DNA from: Lepidodermella squamata
Lineage: Eukaryota; Animalia; Gastrotricha
Assembly (NCBI GenBank): GCA_047495785.1
Contig: JBLDXI010000059.1
Coordinates: 62,001 to 126,000, forward strand
Direction: 5' to 3'
Length of the DNA stretch: 64,000 nucleotides
The first letter of the stretch is position 1, and every line of letters starts with the position of its first letter. Of the stretch, positions 61,735-64,000 are shown piece by piece. Made by a program: the position numbers and the translations under genes. Under the pieces are notes generated by a model. That model did no database searches. It was not told the origin of the DNA and saw nothing but the letters and a program-made list of their open reading frames with translations.

Positions 61735-63791
61735 TCAGCGACCGGCCGTGTTCGCGTTCGACGAATCGACCGGGTTCGGCGGCATCAGATGACCGAGGTC
61801 GGAGGGGTGATGCATCTCTGGCTGGTAGGTCAGTAGCACGAAGGTCACCCACAAATGAATGATGACCATGTACACGAGGAGGAACGGTCGCGCGAGGGGG
61901 AAGCGCCGAAAGACGACTGAGATTTGCCCGGCGAATCGGTCGACCTGGTTCACGACCTGCTTGGCTGTCCGCGCCACGGGCGAGTCGAACGCCGATTCGC
62001 GCATCAGCGGCTGGTGCATGGCTGGGTGCTGAGGGCGCAGGCGAGCCGACAACTCGTCGCCCAGACCAGAGATCATCACATTCGCACCGGCCGACCGCAC
62101 CAGGTTGCTATTGCCGGTTCGACCGCCGCCGTCGTCACTGGTCGACATTTCAACTAAATCTCGATATTGCCTCTGTAAAATAATAATTGAATAAAATATT
62201 TTAAAATTTGTGTTTTGAGTGATAGACTAACCTCAATTCTGGCCAACTGCGCTGCCAAACTGTTCTTTTCAGCAGTCACGGTTTCAACCACGTGTTGCTT
62301 CTGCACCAAACTTTCAGTCAGACCTTGAATACGGGCAACAAGCTCAGCATCACCCATTTGCACATTTGATGCACTGTTCGACCGCGCTGATGACGCCGGG
62401 TTGGCCCTACTGACAACGCGCAATCGCTCTGCTTCTTGCTCGAGCTGAGATAGCCGCGCCTCGTAGTCATTCCGGGTCCGGATCAGTTCCGACTCGGCCG
62501 ATTCAGCCGACTGGCGCCACCGCTCTGCCTCACCGGCCGCGGCGATCCGTTGCCGTTTTTCGGCCTGGAGCGCGTCTGCAGCTGCCTGGGCCCGTTCGGC
62601 GGCTGCGTCGTTGTTAGTCGCCAACTGCGCCTCGAGTTCTCGCTGCTCTGATCGCAGAGTCTCGACGGCAAGTCGCGCGGCCTGCAGCTCATCTCGCAGC
62701 CAGTCGCGTTCAGATCTCGTTTCCTCCAATTCCGCAGTCAGCTGTTGCACCTGAGAAGCACCTCCAGACGATTGGCTCGCCTCGTCACTTGACTGCAGCG
62801 AGGCGATTAATCTCTCCTTCGACTGCAAAACCCGATTCGCCTTCTCTTTGTACTCGGTCAACTCCTGCTTCGCACGATCAGCCTCGGTTTGCCAGTGGCG
62901 AAGCTGGGCCGAGGCTTCGGACGCCGCGGTTCTTTGCTGGGCCAGCCGTCGCTCCAACTCAGCTAGCCTCGACTGAGTCGACTCCCGGTCTGATTCCGCC
63001 TCGCCTTTCGCCTGCACAAGTTGAGAATCTAACTCACGAACTCGCCGTTTCTCCGAGGCCAGCTCCTCCTCGAGTGAAGTCGATTTTTGTTGGGATCGCT
63101 GAAGCTCTTCTCGAAGGCGTTGCACCACAATACCGTCACTAGCCGATAAATCCGCGGCTTCTCGAGACACATTAGACCTAGCTTCTTCGAGCTGGTTTCT
63201 CGAAGCCTCCAGCTGAGTCTCCCTTACTTTCAGCATTTCTAAATGATCCATCTCCTGAGCCTCCATTTCTCTAACTCGGCGCTCGTAAGAGTTGATTCTC
63301 TCACTCTGCACACGTAATTTCGACTCGGCCTCTTGAAGCTCGCGCTGAGCGCGCCGAGCTCGCGTTGTCACGCTTTGCAACTCCTGGCTGAGTTGATTAA
63401 CCTCACTCCTCAGGGCTGCGACTTCGCCGGAATTCGACGCCTCGGCTACGATCTTACCCGGCGCAGGCGCAACCTCGGCCGTGCTGACCATTGCATACGA
63501 TGAGGACGAAGCTGAAGATGGGGGGTCGTTCAGCATGTCTGCAGCTAACAAATGACCAGCCTCTGAGCCAAATGTTGCCTGGTAATCTGTAGATGAAATG
63601 TTACTGCTCGGTCCACTATCGCCACCATCGTCTTTCAATGTCGCACCACTTTCGGTCGGAATGCGGACGGTGGGGTTCGACGAGGTTGCAACGCCCGAGT
63701 TCGGAGTATTGACCACAGCAGCGGCTGACTGATCGACACGGTTCAGTAGTTCTTCAGCTTTCTCGGCAAATCCAGAAAGCCACGAAGTCAT
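61735..63791 (-). CDS. GOLGA5: Golgin subfamily A member 5 (golgin-84); exons 63791-62232, 62172-61735
   Basis: N-terminal MTSWLSGFAEKAEELLNRVDQ; long coiled coil with ELTEYKEKANRVLQSKERLIASL and LTESLVQKQ; tail-anchor FRRFPLARPFLLVYMVIIHLWVTFVLLTYQPEMHH. Confidence 0.96.
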
Positions 63792-64000
63792 TTGAGTTCA
63801 AATTTCCCGAAAGAAAAGGCCTAACACATTTATAAAAATCTAAAAAAGAGATAGAATTAAGGCAATTAAAAGACAACACAACTTGAATTAATTTATTAAA
63901 TTAGATTTCGCCATTCTATTTAAAAAGGATAGATTACTCTTTTCCCCATACGTTTAATATCAATACGCAGACACGTTCGCGGACTCTTTTATTACAAAAC

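Noticed and set aside
1-64000. Prokaryotic systems (CRISPR arrays, operonic defence systems, rRNA/tRNA genes)
   Set aside because: The sequence is spliceosomal-intron-containing animal DNA. I saw no regularly spaced repeat-spacer array and no recognisable rRNA or tRNA.

Overview
This window is eukaryotic (metazoan) genomic DNA from a compact, intron-rich genome. Most GT-AG introns are about 45-60 nt, CpG is abundant, and there is an interstitial TTAGGG run, which argues against nematode or arthropod telomere types. A small-genome spiralian such as a free-living flatworm is a plausible but unproven guess. Genes reconstructed by splicing, in order: a DUF288/STELLO-like 3' end, a Ly6/three-finger GPI protein, a divergent Bcl-2-family protein with two BH3-like motifs, a lachesin/IgLON-like 3-Ig protein, EXOC7, MCFD2, a PROP1/unc-42 homeobox gene, a long ankyrin-repeat gene, a signal peptide-Sushi-trypsin-Sushi-ankyrin fusion (~1707 aa), a 6-exon orphan gene invisible to the ORF track, SDE2, a RING-ankyrin gene, MPG, BBS1 and GOLGA5. 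Mobile elements: an apparently intact LINE whose ORF1 and ORF2 are in one frame separated by a single TAA, a nested graveyard (Helitron Rep relic interrupted by a MITE, hAT and P-like fragments, a TTAGGG-containing inverted-repeat element), and a gag-only LTR element. The most striking observations are the secreted protease-ankyrin fusion, the readthrough-type LINE junction, the operon-like gene pairs and the double-BH3 protein. All calls come from reading the sequence and recalled family motifs; no database search was run.
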